Notes: generated by a model from the letters alone, not told the origin. Shown: positions 10,984-20,924, counted from the stretch's first letter. The stretch is 64,000 bases of DNA from an uncultured archaeon (GCA_964410585.1 CAYPFW010000001.1:288001-352000); one strand, 5' to 3'. A program made the numbers and translations.

Positions 10984-12168
10984 ATGATAGAATTGAAGTT
11001 TGACCCAAATATAGGAATATGGTGTGAAGAATTGGAGAGTTTGGATAAATTAAAAAAGAACTTTTTTGGTGAAGAAAAAGATGGGAAGATTTTTTTGAAA
11101 ATAGAAGAGGCTTTGTATGTTCTTGATCTTCTAAACGGGCGGGTCACACAAGAAGAAATTCAAATAAGTTTCAATGAACTGGCTTCACACTTTTCAAAAG
11201 ATAACCCAAGATTGATAATAAAGTACAATGCATACAGGGATTGGAGAGATAGGGGTTTGATACTAAAACGAGAAAAAGATGTTTCAAAAAAAGGCAACCA
11301 GAAACAACATAAGAAATATCCAGCAAAAAAATTGGAGTTAGAAAAAATAGAATCAAAGGTCTATTGGTATCCTACATCATATTTTTCCATTTTAGAAGAT
11401 GAAAAAATTGGAAAACAGCTTTTCGAAAAATATTGGATTGGGCAACTTGGTATATACAAACAGGATAGAGGTGCTTTACTCAAATTAGATTTTTTGGAAA
11501 CTGTTTTTCTTTCAAAACACTTTGATTTAGAAATTATCAACTCTTTAACTGGGAAAAAAATAACCCACAAGCAAATATTGGAAAAAGTTGAAAAGGAAAG
11601 AGAATACTCCAGGCAGCTTTATGACATTTATGAAGACTGGAGATTGCAGGGTTTTGTTGTTAAAACAGGATTTAAATTTGGTTCACATTTCAGGATCTAT
11701 TTCCCTGGCGCTTCTCCATCAAAGGAAGGTAAGTGGACGCATTCAAAACACGTTCTACACGTTTTTCCAAAAGAACAGAAACTTTTGATTTCAGAATGGG
11801 CTAGGGCTGTTCGTGTTGCACACTCAGTCAAAAAAACTTTTTTGCTGGGAATTCCTGAATTAACAAAAGAGGATTTTGTTGAATACCCTGATTGTTTTTT
11901 GTCATATAGAAGAAAAAAAGAAAATGGGAATTTAGTAAGGGAAACACCAGATGATTTGCCAAGATTTTTGCTTGTTCCAGTTGCAGAAGACGAACATATT
12001 GGTGGGATAGAACTTGCTTCTATGCTGGAGAAGGCAAAAAAACTTGGCGTCGAATTAATACTTTCAATATCTGATCGAGAAACAGCAATTACATACTATA
12101 CTTTGAAAAAGGTTGTTTTGCCTGGATCACAGTATGAGTATTATGAAATAGAATGGGAGAAACCTTAA
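10984..12168 (+). CDS. endA: tRNA splicing endonuclease, three-unit (alphaN-alpha-betaC) epsilon2/ARMAN-type
   Basis: EEALY and YRDWRDRG in the N-unit; KTGFKFGSHFRIY, HSKH and RVAHSVKK catalytic motifs (Y/H/K); GQLGIYKQDRG loop resembling the ARMAN-specific loop; C-terminal YYEIEWEKP; 394 aa. Confidence 0.93.
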   Translation: MIELKFDPNIGIWCEELESLDKLKKNFFGEEKDGKIFLKIEEALYVLDLLNGRVTQEEIQISFNELASHFSKDNPRLIIKYNAYRDWRDRGLILKREKDVSKKGNQKQHKKYPAKKLELEKIESKVYWYPTSYFSILEDEKIGKQLFEKYWIGQLGIYKQDRGALLKLDFLETVFLSKHFDLEIINSLTGKKITHKQILEKVEKEREYSRQLYDIYEDWRLQGFVVKTGFKFGSHFRIYFPGASPSKEGKWTHSKHVLHVFPKEQKLLISEWARAVRVAHSVKKTFLLGIPELTKEDFVEYPDCFLSYRRKKENGNLVRETPDDLPRFLLVPVAEDEHIGGIELASMLEKAKKLGVELILSISDRETAITYYTLKKVVLPGSQYEYYEIEWEKP

Positions 12169-12343
12169 GCTTTTTCTGGGAAAAAAGCTTATGCAAAAAT
12201 AGGAGGCTAATTTTTTCTGCGTCTGAGGACTTGAAAAAATTTACGCCTTCCAACTATAGAAAAGAAATCATACACTATTCCATAGCTTTGTAACTGTTCT
12301 TTCTTGGGTTATAAGGCTTCTTTCTTACAAGAAAGAAGGGTAT
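12166..12343 (-). repeat. Composite R2+R1 hairpin repeat filling the whole endA-map gap
   Basis: Reverse complement has the same R2-spacer-R1-terminal hairpin order as 43443-43586 and 22790-23022. Confidence 0.85.
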
Positions 12344-13237
12344 ATGCACACAGAAGACGAATTAAAAAAATACATAGAAGCTGGGAAGATTTTGGCAGAG
12401 GTTAGAAGGGATATTTGGAAACAAATAAAGCCCGGGCTGAAAATTTTGGATTTAGCAAACTTGATTGAAAACGAAATCATAAAACGCGGCGCGAAAATTT
12501 CTTTTCCTGTGAACATATCAATAGATGATCAAACAGCACACTATACACCTTCTTTTGACGATAAAAGGGAAATTAAAGAAAATGAATTAGTTAAAATCGA
12601 TATAGGGACCCACATAGATGGCTATAGCGCAGATTCTGCAATGACTTATTGCTCTTCAAAAAATAAATTGATAGAAACAGCAAACAAAGCATTGGAGGCT
12701 GCAACAAAAATTGTCAAGCCAGGATTGAAAGTTTCAGAGCTCGGTTCACTTATAGAAGAAATTGTGAAAAAAGAAGGCTTAGGTCTAATTGTTAATTTGA
12801 CAGGACATGGAATTGGCCAAAACGATTTCCACAAAGAGCCAACAATACACAATGTGAAAAATAATTCAGGATATGTGCTCCAGGAAAACGAAGTCATTGC
12901 GATAGAACCGTTCGTTTGTGAAGGCGGGGGATTTGTGAAAGAGTCTGGGACAGTTGAAATTTTTAGGTATTTTCAAGATAGGCCTGTCAGGTCAAGCGAT
13001 TCTCGGGAAATTCTAGAATACATAAAATCAAATTTTGGACTTTATCCTTTTGCAAAAAGATGGCTCTTGAAAAAATTCACTCCAATGAAAGTTTCTCTGG
13101 CCCTAAAACAACTTGAGATGGCAGGATGTATAGAAAGCTATCCTGTTTTAAAAGAACAGAGTGGAAAAAAAGTTGTACAATCAGAATATACAATAATTGT
13201 CAAGGATAAACCAATTGTAACTACACCTTATTTGTAA
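12344..13237 (+). CDS. map: Type II methionine aminopeptidase
   Basis: FPVNIS, AHYTP, KIDIGTHIDGY, NLTGHGI, AIEPF motifs. Confidence 0.95.
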   Translation: MHTEDELKKYIEAGKILAEVRRDIWKQIKPGLKILDLANLIENEIIKRGAKISFPVNISIDDQTAHYTPSFDDKREIKENELVKIDIGTHIDGYSADSAMTYCSSKNKLIETANKALEAATKIVKPGLKVSELGSLIEEIVKKEGLGLIVNLTGHGIGQNDFHKEPTIHNVKNNSGYVLQENEVIAIEPFVCEGGGFVKESGTVEIFRYFQDRPVRSSDSREILEYIKSNFGLYPFAKRWLLKKFTPMKVSLALKQLEMAGCIESYPVLKEQSGKKVVQSEYTIIVKDKPIVTTPYL

Positions 13238-13314
13238 TAAAAAATATTTTTTTCTACAAAAATTATTTAAATGAGAGAAACATATTAAATCATTGAATTT
13301 TGGATTCTAGTTTT

Positions 13315-13797
13315 ATGACAAAACCTGTTCCCGTTGCTGTTGGATGTTTGGTTAGAAACAATAAAATTTTACTTATTAAAAGGGCGAAGCCACCCTTTGA
13401 AAATATGTGGAGCATTCCAGCTGGAAAAGTTGAATATGGTGAATATGTTGATGAGGCAATTGAGAGAGAGTTAAGAGAAGAAGCAAGCTTGGATGTTGCA
13501 TACGATGGTGTAAAGGGAACAGTAACTGAGCACATTTTTGAAAATGGACAGCTTGTTCTACACACAATAATGTTTTTGTGCAATTTGTCAGCAAATGGAG
13601 CTGAGCCTAGAAGCGGACCTGAAGGGGAACTGAAATGGTTTGATTTGAATTCAATAGATGATTTCAAAAGTAAAATAATTCCAAGTGATTTTGAGATGAT
13701 CCAAAAATTTATTTTGTCAAATGAGGAAGGGTACTTCAATTCAATAATAGAAAAGGTCAACGGCTCTTATTTTTTGAAAGATTTCAGGAAGATATAA
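13315..13797 (+). CDS. NUDIX hydrolase
   Basis: WSIPAGKVEYGEYVDEAIERELREEA Nudix box. Confidence 0.9.
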   Translation: MTKPVPVAVGCLVRNNKILLIKRAKPPFENMWSIPAGKVEYGEYVDEAIERELREEASLDVAYDGVKGTVTEHIFENGQLVLHTIMFLCNLSANGAEPRSGPEGELKWFDLNSIDDFKSKIIPSDFEMIQKFILSNEEGYFNSIIEKVNGSYFLKDFRKI

Positions 13798-13961
13798 TTT
13801 TGATCAAAGATTGTTTTGAATTTTATTGAAAAAAGTGTCTCTGTTTGTGTCCAATTTTTTGTTTTGCTAAATTATCCAAATGTCCAGTTATTCTATAGAA
13901 GTAATTCAAAAATGTCAAAATAAAAAAGAAAATATATAAATGAGATGTGTCAATATATTCT

Positions 13962-14111
13962 ATGGCAGAGAAATGTCCTTCTTGTGGAACCCATGGAAGA
14001 AACTGGGAAAATGAGGAAAATGTTTTTCACTGTCCAACTTGTTTGAGTATTTATTCTGAATTTGGTTTGGTTCTTGAGTCCCAAAAAAGGGCACCTGAGT
14101 TCTGGTCTTGA
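13962..14111 (+). CDS. Small Zn-ribbon protein (49 aa), not in the ORF track
   Basis: MAEKCPSCGTHGRNWENEENVFHCPTCLSIYSEFGLVLESQKRAPEFWS; two CxxC pairs; TATATAAA about 25 nt upstream. Confidence 0.75.
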   Translation: MAEKCPSCGTHGRNWENEENVFHCPTCLSIYSEFGLVLESQKRAPEFWS

Positions 14112-14290
14112 CATTTTCTTTGGAAAGAATTTACAGAAAGAAAATGTCAATCAAAAGAAACATGCAATTGGTTTCAGAAAAATATACAAACCACGTCTAC
14201 CGTACCCAAAAATATATAAAAATTCCTAAGGCTCACACAAAAGAAAACTAATTTACAGGTAATTGAAGAAATTTACGCCTTTCACTATAA
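14108..14290. repeat. Hairpin plus partial R2 and R1 modules between convergent genes
   Basis: TTGACATTTTCTTT/AAAGAAAATGTCAA stem; GTCTACCGTACCCAAAA (R2 tail); AAATTTACGCCTTTCAC (R1 end). Confidence 0.65.
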
Positions 14291-14301
14291 ACCACATTCC
14301 T

Positions 14302-14766
14302 CTATTTAATCTCCAACTGTTTGTCCAGTGGAGGATCTGAAAAATATGCACGGACACCGAATTTTGGATCCACAAGTTCCAGCATCTCAAAGTTTGGCTT
14401 CTTAATCAAGCAAAATCCTTTTTGAGACAAGTATTTTTTCTTGAAACTTGGATAATCTGAAACTGTGAAATCTGCATCGCCTCGCTCTGGTCTTGTTGAA
14501 TCTGGAATTCGAATTTTTAATAATTGTAAAACACCAGAAACTGTTTTAAGTGGGGGAATTTGGAAAAGTGGGCCCTTAGGTGTTTGCTCGACAATTTTTC
14601 CAAACTTTTCCACTGTTTCTATCAAATCAGCGTACTGTGCCTCGCTTTGGGAAAAAATGCAAGCATAATTTACAGGTGCACCTTTTTGGTCCGTGTGCTT
14701 GTTCTTTAGCTCGGTCGCATCTTTGACAATTTCTTGGACAAATTTTTTGAGGTCTTCAATTTTCAT
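14302..14766 (-). CDS. Hypothetical protein
   Basis: 154 aa ORF starting 4 nt downstream of the pyrH stop; normal protein composition. Confidence 0.75.
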   Translation of the reverse strand: MKIEDLKKFVQEIVKDATELKNKHTDQKGAPVNYACIFSQSEAQYADLIETVEKFGKIVEQTPKGPLFQIPPLKTVSGVLQLLKIRIPDSTRPERGDADFTVSDYPSFKKKYLSQKGFCLIKKPNFEMLELVDPKFGVRAYFSDPPLDKQLEIK

Positions 14767-14770
14767 ATTT

Positions 14771-15457
14771 TTATTTTATAACTGTTCCGACAAAAGCTTT
14801 TCTTTCCAAATAGTTTTCGAGATTTTTTAGGTTTTTGCCGTTCATTATTGCGACTTCTAAACCGAGCTTTTCAGATTCTCTAGAAGCAATTGGATCAAAT
14901 GGCGCATTCAAACCAGGATCCCATTTGTTGCCGACGATTTTTCTGAAACTTTTCCAGGAAATTTTTTCAATGGGTTTTGCATCTTTGAATTTCTTTGGAT
15001 CCTTGTCGTAGACATATTCAATGTTTGAGAGATTAACAAGTTTTTTTGATCCCAGGCTCTTCGCAAACAAAACAGCATCGTAGTCTGTGCTGCATCCTGG
15101 TTTCCAGCCTGCTGCCACGAGGATTTTTTCTTTGAAAACAAGTTTTTTCGTTGGGTCTTTTATCACTCTTGGATTTGCATGTTTTTTGAAAATTGTTCTC
15201 AAAAGATGTGCATTCAAACGAGTCGAATGGATGCCCAACCAATCCAAATCGTCTCTTTTCAACTCACCAAGATCTTTGGCAGCTTGCTGATATTTGCGTG
15301 CTGTTTTTCCGCCGCCACAAATTATTATAAACTTGAAACCTTTTTTGATAAAATTCTCAATCAAGTTTTTGAAAGAAGAAAGCCACTGAGCATCGATTTC
15401 ATCTGGTACAATAAGTGAGCCACCAACTGAAATGATTATTGTTTTTTCGTTTGACAT
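14771..15457 (-). CDS. pyrH: UMP kinase
   Basis: ISVGGSLI, GGGKTARKY, GWKPGCSTDYDA, YDKDPKK motifs. Confidence 0.95.
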   Translation of the reverse strand: MSNEKTIIISVGGSLIVPDEIDAQWLSSFKNLIENFIKKGFKFIIICGGGKTARKYQQAAKDLGELKRDDLDWLGIHSTRLNAHLLRTIFKKHANPRVIKDPTKKLVFKEKILVAAGWKPGCSTDYDAVLFAKSLGSKKLVNLSNIEYVYDKDPKKFKDAKPIEKISWKSFRKIVGNKWDPGLNAPFDPIASRESEKLGLEVAIMNGKNLKNLENYLERKAFVGTVIK

Positions 15458-15492
15458 AGAACCATTTATAATTGGGATGGCCAATATTTAAG

Positions 15493-16038
15493 ATGAAAGA
15501 TGCTTTTGAAATAAACAGAAAGAAGGTTTTGCTCAGACAACCAAAATCTTCAGACGCAGAAAAATTGCAGAAATTTGTAAACCAAGGAATAGAGGAGAGT
15601 TTGAAAGCTGGAGGACTTTTGGGAAGAACTAAAAAACTGAGTTTGGTTCAGGAGAAAAAATGGCTGAAAAATTTGCTGGAAGACCTGAAGAAAAAGAATA
15701 AAGTCTATATTATAGCTGAATATGGAAACCGTGTAATAGGAACAACAGAAATCAGGAGAGGTAGCCATGATTCGGATCAACATGTTGGCATTTTTGGAAT
15801 AGTTATACTTCAAGAATTTACAAGCAAAGGCTTGGGAACTTTATTGACAAAAAGAATTATTGAAGAAGCTAAGAAAAAAATGAAAATTGAAATTGTCAAA
15901 CTTTCTGTTGACCAATATAACAAGAGGGCACAAGGCCTGTACAAAAAAGTTGGTTTTGAGGAAGTCGGAAGAATAAAAAACGGCAGAAAAATAAATGGGA
16001 AATACACAGACGAAATAATGATGGTGAAATATTTGTAA
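15493..16038 (+). CDS. GNAT acetyltransferase
   Basis: SKGLGTLL, NKRAQGLYKKVGF motifs. Confidence 0.9.
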   Translation: MKDAFEINRKKVLLRQPKSSDAEKLQKFVNQGIEESLKAGGLLGRTKKLSLVQEKKWLKNLLEDLKKKNKVYIIAEYGNRVIGTTEIRRGSHDSDQHVGIFGIVILQEFTSKGLGTLLTKRIIEEAKKKMKIEIVKLSVDQYNKRAQGLYKKVGFEEVGRIKNGRKINGKYTDEIMMVKYL

Positions 16039-16140
16039 ATTTTTTGTAAAAGAAAAAGTTTTGTAAATTTTTCTGAAATCAACTGATTCAAGAAAGACCT
16101 GCACTAGAAAGAACACGCAGATTAACAGAAGAAAGAAGTG

Positions 16141-16521
16141 CTACAATTTAAAATTAGAAACAGTCAATCCTTTCTCTTCTGCTTTTTTGAGGATTTCTAT
16201 TCTTTTTTTTCTACCAATGGTTTTGGCCAAAACAACTGATTGGGTTTTTGCATCGACTGTATCTAGTTCTTTCATGTTTGTAATCCTGACTTCAAGCAAA
16301 CCAGCTCTGTTCAAACCGCGCACAGCGATTGGGGACCTGTATCCTGGTCCCGGCCTTTTTCCGCGCGCACCTTCTTCAATTCTTAATTTTGATGTTCTTC
16401 CTCTTGGCCTTCTCCATTTCATTCCAACTGCTTTTTTCTTAAACCACTCTTGTCTTAGGAAAGCTGGCTTTTTCTTTTTCCTCACTCTTCGAATTTTCAA
16501 TAATCGCGTGTTGTTTTCCAT
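16141..16521 (-). CDS. rpl32e: 50S ribosomal protein L32e
   Basis: KKPAFLRQEW, KWRRPRG, GYRSP motifs. Confidence 0.95.
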   Translation of the reverse strand: MENNTRLLKIRRVRKKKKPAFLRQEWFKKKAVGMKWRRPRGRTSKLRIEEGARGKRPGPGYRSPIAVRGLNRAGLLEVRITNMKELDTVDAKTQSVVLAKTIGRKKRIEILKKAEEKGLTVSNFKL

Positions 16522-16526
16522 AATTA

Positions 16527-17060
16527 TTAGCTAAGCGATGTAGGTTTCTTAACCATATAACATCCATCTTGGAAAATCCTTCTGTCGAAGCCCTGTATCT
16601 TTGTTATTCTTTCTATTCTTGTTCCAGCTTGTCCAACAACCTCTTTGTCTGCACCTGTGATTGTTATCACATTTTTGTCTATTTTAACGTTAACACCTGC
16701 AGGAAGCGATGTACTCCTTGACCTTCTCTCACCGAGGAAGTTTGCAACATGGATCTTGTTGTCTTTGAATTCTAATTTAGCTGGGAAATGTGAGTGTAAA
16801 AGCTTTACTTCAGCTTCATATCCCTTTGTGACTCCAACTGACATGTTTTTGACAAGAGCTGACCATGTCCCAACTATTGCTTTCACTTTTCTGGCTTCAG
16901 AATTTGATTTCAATTCAACTAAATTATCCTTTACAGAAATCTTGATTAAAGGATGTTTGAAAAGTTTTTTCAATTCGCCTTTAGGGCCTTTTGCAATTAA
17001 AAAATCTTCCTCTTTCCTAAACTCTACTCCGTTTGGGATTTCAAAGGTTACTGTTGACAT
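16527..17060 (-). CDS. rpl6: 50S ribosomal protein L6
   Basis: KGPKGEL, SHFP, NFLGE, DRRIFQDGCY motifs. Confidence 0.95.
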   Translation of the reverse strand: MSTVTFEIPNGVEFRKEEDFLIAKGPKGELKKLFKHPLIKISVKDNLVELKSNSEARKVKAIVGTWSALVKNMSVGVTKGYEAEVKLLHSHFPAKLEFKDNKIHVANFLGERRSRSTSLPAGVNVKIDKNVITITGADKEVVGQAGTRIERITKIQGFDRRIFQDGCYMVKKPTSLS

Positions 17061-17140
17061 AAATGTGATAATAGTAGATAGTTATTTATAAATAGGTGTT
17101 TTCCTTAAGCCCCCGGTTCCTACGTCGGAATTTGTATATC

Positions 17141-17276
17141 GTTTCTTTTTGGGTGAACCTTAGCCTTTTTCGTCCGAAGTGTCAATCGGAAAGTAAACTG
17201 AAACAGATCCTAGACAATTGATCAAGATCTGTTTCCAGCTCCATGCCGATTAGAACCGCCCTTGAAAGAAAAAGGA
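17141..17276 (-). repeat. R2 module with an R3 module nested in its hairpin loop, directly after the rpoA'' stop
   Basis: Arms CCTTTTTC (17164) and GAAAAAGG (17268) enclose GAAACAGATC-loop-GATCTGTTTCCAGCT; tail near-identical to 28114-28145 (TTTTGGGTGAACCTTAGCCTTT). Confidence 0.85.
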
Positions 17277-18401
17277 TCAGGATTCCTTTTTTGGAGTCCC
17301 AGGAAGCTTCCCTATAAGGTCATATGAACCTGTTCCTATTGGAACAACTTGGTTGATCATCACATTTTCAAGCACACCTTGCAAATCATCTGACTCGCCC
17401 TTTACAGCTGCCTTTGTCAAGTGCTTTTTTGTTTCCTCGAAGGCCGCTCTTGCTAAAACAGAAGGCTTGTGTCCTACAACTCCATATCTTCCAATAGGTC
17501 TAATAACACCATCAACTGTCATTAAATCAGAAAGCAACATTACATATCTTATGTCGACACCTAAACCCTGCTCTTCTATTGTGTACATTGCTTGACTAAT
17601 AATTACACTTCTTGCAGCTTCTACTCCCAAGACATCCAAAACTTCAAAAATGTTGTTACTCACTGTCCTTGTTTCATCAACACCTTCTATTTTGAAAACT
17701 TTTGTTAAATCTGAGCCCAAGGTATTGATGACCCATTCACCCTTATCATCTTTGTTAACAACTGTTTGAGTGACTCCCTTTATTCCACCTAAGTGGCTTT
17801 CCAAAAGTCTATATTTCAATCTAAATATATCTTTTATATCTGGTTTTTTGTAAGTTGCAACAAGCTCTGTGTCTGTCACTTTAATATCAACATTTCTCAA
17901 CTTGATTCTTTTTTCTAAACTCTCTGGCTCAATTCCAAGATTTTTGAGAAGTTTTGTATTTAGTTTGCATCTAATTTCCAAATCAGTTAAATTAACTGTA
18001 TCTGAAAGTACAACATCCTTTACCCTTGCCTCTTTTATTCTTTCTGCAACTTGTCTGGCCCTCTCATCATCTTGATAATCTTTTTTCAAATAGACAAGCA
18101 TTGTAGGTGTTTTAGGCTCTCTTCTTGCATCGAAAATTTCTAGAAGTCTTGGCAAACCAAGTGTGACTTGGATACCAGCTGTACCAGCGAAGTGGTAAGT
18201 ACGCATTGTCATCTGTGTTGTTGGTTCTGAAAGTGATTGAGCTGCTATGACACCTAAAGGCTCTTCTGGATCATACAAAGTTTTAAGGTAGAATTCTCTA
18301 GCTTTGTCTAGGATTTTTGATTTTTCTGTTTCTGAGAGTTTGTTCTGTTGTGCGTATTTCTCAATTTCTTCAATGACTTTGTATGGTAACTCAATTGACA
18401 T
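17277..18401 (-). CDS. rpoA2: DNA-directed RNA polymerase subunit A'' (Rpo1C)
   Basis: AAQSLSEPTTQMTMRTYHFAG, TLGLPRL, RAAFEET motifs. Confidence 0.97.
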   Translation of the reverse strand: MSIELPYKVIEEIEKYAQQNKLSETEKSKILDKAREFYLKTLYDPEEPLGVIAAQSLSEPTTQMTMRTYHFAGTAGIQVTLGLPRLLEIFDARREPKTPTMLVYLKKDYQDDERARQVAERIKEARVKDVVLSDTVNLTDLEIRCKLNTKLLKNLGIEPESLEKRIKLRNVDIKVTDTELVATYKKPDIKDIFRLKYRLLESHLGGIKGVTQTVVNKDDKGEWVINTLGSDLTKVFKIEGVDETRTVSNNIFEVLDVLGVEAARSVIISQAMYTIEEQGLGVDIRYVMLLSDLMTVDGVIRPIGRYGVVGHKPSVLARAAFEETKKHLTKAAVKGESDDLQGVLENVMINQVVPIGTGSYDLIGKLPGTPKKES

Positions 18402-18415
18402 ATTTTCTCCTCAGA

Positions 18416-20923
18416 TTATTTCTGGACAATTACATCAACATCGATTTTTCCCCAGTATGATTTTGCTGGGTTGACCCCGTCTTCGCCTGCTGTGAATTGT
18501 ATCAATCTTCCCCCAATGCTTCTTACACTATTATCATCATAGACTTTCAAATCTTGGAGAGCATTGACAAGCCTTCTTTGCATGTATCCTGATTTTCTTG
18601 TTCTCAAGGACTTGTCCATCAGACCTTCTCGACCGTTCATAATATTCCAGAAAACTTCAAATGGAGTAAGGCCATCTTTGAAACCTCTTGACACAAAACC
18701 ATGAGACTCTGCAGACAAATCGCCTTTTTTGAAGTGCGGTAAAGTCCTTCCTAAATATCCTCTGCTTATTCTTTTACCTAAAATTGACTCCTGTCCTACG
18801 CATGCTGCCATCTGTGTTGTGTTAACAATAGAACCTTTTGAACCTGCACGCGCCAAGTGGATAATATCGTTCTTTGGTATGTTTGCACCAACTATTTTAC
18901 TGACACTATTCAAACCATTTGAAAGCGTGTTCAAGATTTGTGCTTCCAAAGATTCTTGTTTTGTCAAACCAGGTAATAGGTTTATTTTTCCATCCTTGAA
19001 ATCTTCAATGAGATCGGAAGATTTTTTCTCAGCCTTCTTCACCTCATCATCAATTTTTCTGTGGACATCTTTTAACAAATCAATATCTGAAATACCAATT
19101 GTTATTCCTCTTTTCATCAAATAAGCAACACCCAATCTACCTGCTCTGTCTATAAATTCTCTTGTTGTTTTGTCGCCTTCTAACTCATTTATTTTGTTGA
19201 TGATTTTTCCCTTCATTGCACCTACGCCTCTTGAGTCAATTGTTCCTTGGACAATTTGGCCATTTTTAATAATTACCCAACCATCTGACGGGCAACCTTT
19301 TTTAGGGCATGAATCACATTCATCACAATTTGCTTTGAATTCCATACTCAGGCTTTTTGGAAGCAGAAGACTGAACAAATCTTTTCCTGTTACTTTTGCT
19401 TTATCTGGAATTTGTAAATCCAAGCCAGCAAGACCAACAAGCTGAGATGCTTCTTCCCTTGTCAGTTCAACATCAGGCCTTGTAAGCAAGTAGGTTCCTG
19501 TTATTTGATCTAAGTCGCATCCTATAACCGGTCCACCGAATTTTGGTGAGATTATATTTTTTTCAACATCCATTAACATTGCGGCTTCTGTTCTAGCTTC
19601 AACTGTTTGCAGGACATGCAAATTCATTTCGTCGCCGTCGAAGTCTGCATTGTATGGTGGGCAAACAGATGGATTCAATCTAAATGTTCTTCCTGGCATT
19701 AGTTTGACTCTGTGAGCCATGATAGACATCCTGTGAAGTGATGGCTGTCTGTTAAACAAGACAATATCGCCTTCTTCTATTTGTCTTTCAACTCCCCAAC
19801 CAATAACAACGTTTTGTAAAATATCTTTCCTGTTTAATTCCGAAACCTTTATTCTTCTTCCATCTGGCCTTGCAACATAATTTACTTTTCCATCTTTTAT
19901 TGCCTGCTTCAACTGCTTTTCATTGAATTGTGTGACGTGTTCGAAAACAGTAAGCTCCTTTGCTATTAAGTATGGGACACCAACTTCGTTTATTGAAAGC
20001 CTTGGATCAGGTGAGATAACTGTACGAGAACAGAAGTTTACTCTTTTACCTAGCAAGTTTCCTCTGATTCTTCCTTCTTTTGCTTTTAGTCTTTGGATAA
20101 TTCCTTTCAAAGGTCTTCCAGATCTATGTCTTGCATGCGGAACACCTGAAAGCTCATTGTCAAAATATGTAGAAACGTGGTATTGCAAAAGCTCCCACAA
20201 ATCATTTAAAATAAATTCTGGGGCCCCTATATCTATGTTTTCTCTCAAAGATTGGTTAATCCTGACAATGTCTGCAAGTTTGTGTGTTAGATCGTCTTCA
20301 GACCTTTCACCTGTTTCTAAAGTAATTGAAGGACGCATTGTCACTGGCGGAACAGGGAATAAAGTAAGAACAAGCCATTCTGGTCTACCGCCTGTGAAGC
20401 CAATTATTTTTAAGTCTTCATCTGATACTCCTTCAAATCTTTCTCTAATTGTTGCTGCTGTAAGCTCTGCCTTGTCCTCATAGAAAGTATAAGTTTTTTC
20501 GAATTCTATTTTTCCCTGTTTTGCTGAACAGTGTGGGCATTTTTTAGGTGGTGTTTCACTCAAATCTTTTAGCTTGACTTTTTTAGAAGCCTTCTTCACT
20601 TTCTTATCAATCATTATTTTGTGGCATTTTTTGCATGTGACTTTTAGAAGAGTGTAAATGTGTTTTGCATACAGGACATGGATGATAGGCCTTGCTAATT
20701 CTAAATATCCGAAATGGCCATTACAATCATCTAGATTACTTCCACAGGTTCTACAGACTAAACCAGGATCAATCACACCCATTCTTGGATCCATGACTCC
20801 GCCTTCTATTGGATAGCCATCTGCATCGTACAAATCAGATGAAACAATCCTAACAGTAGCCATTTGTTTAACCATTTGTGGTGACAATATGCTGAATGTT
20901 AAACCAGATATCTTATGAACCAT
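18416..20923 (-). CDS. rpoA1: DNA-directed RNA polymerase subunit A' (Rpo1N)
   Basis: Catalytic YNADFDGDEMN; NRQPSLH; SGYMQRRL. Confidence 0.98.
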   Translation of the reverse strand: MVHKISGLTFSILSPQMVKQMATVRIVSSDLYDADGYPIEGGVMDPRMGVIDPGLVCRTCGSNLDDCNGHFGYLELARPIIHVLYAKHIYTLLKVTCKKCHKIMIDKKVKKASKKVKLKDLSETPPKKCPHCSAKQGKIEFEKTYTFYEDKAELTAATIRERFEGVSDEDLKIIGFTGGRPEWLVLTLFPVPPVTMRPSITLETGERSEDDLTHKLADIVRINQSLRENIDIGAPEFILNDLWELLQYHVSTYFDNELSGVPHARHRSGRPLKGIIQRLKAKEGRIRGNLLGKRVNFCSRTVISPDPRLSINEVGVPYLIAKELTVFEHVTQFNEKQLKQAIKDGKVNYVARPDGRRIKVSELNRKDILQNVVIGWGVERQIEEGDIVLFNRQPSLHRMSIMAHRVKLMPGRTFRLNPSVCPPYNADFDGDEMNLHVLQTVEARTEAAMLMDVEKNIISPKFGGPVIGCDLDQITGTYLLTRPDVELTREEASQLVGLAGLDLQIPDKAKVTGKDLFSLLLPKSLSMEFKANCDECDSCPKKGCPSDGWVIIKNGQIVQGTIDSRGVGAMKGKIINKINELEGDKTTREFIDRAGRLGVAYLMKRGITIGISDIDLLKDVHRKIDDEVKKAEKKSSDLIEDFKDGKINLLPGLTKQESLEAQILNTLSNGLNSVSKIVGANIPKNDIIHLARAGSKGSIVNTTQMAACVGQESILGKRISRGYLGRTLPHFKKGDLSAESHGFVSRGFKDGLTPFEVFWNIMNGREGLMDKSLRTRKSGYMQRRLVNALQDLKVYDDNSVRSIGGRLIQFTAGEDGVNPAKSYWGKIDVDVIVQK

Positions 20924-20924
20924 A

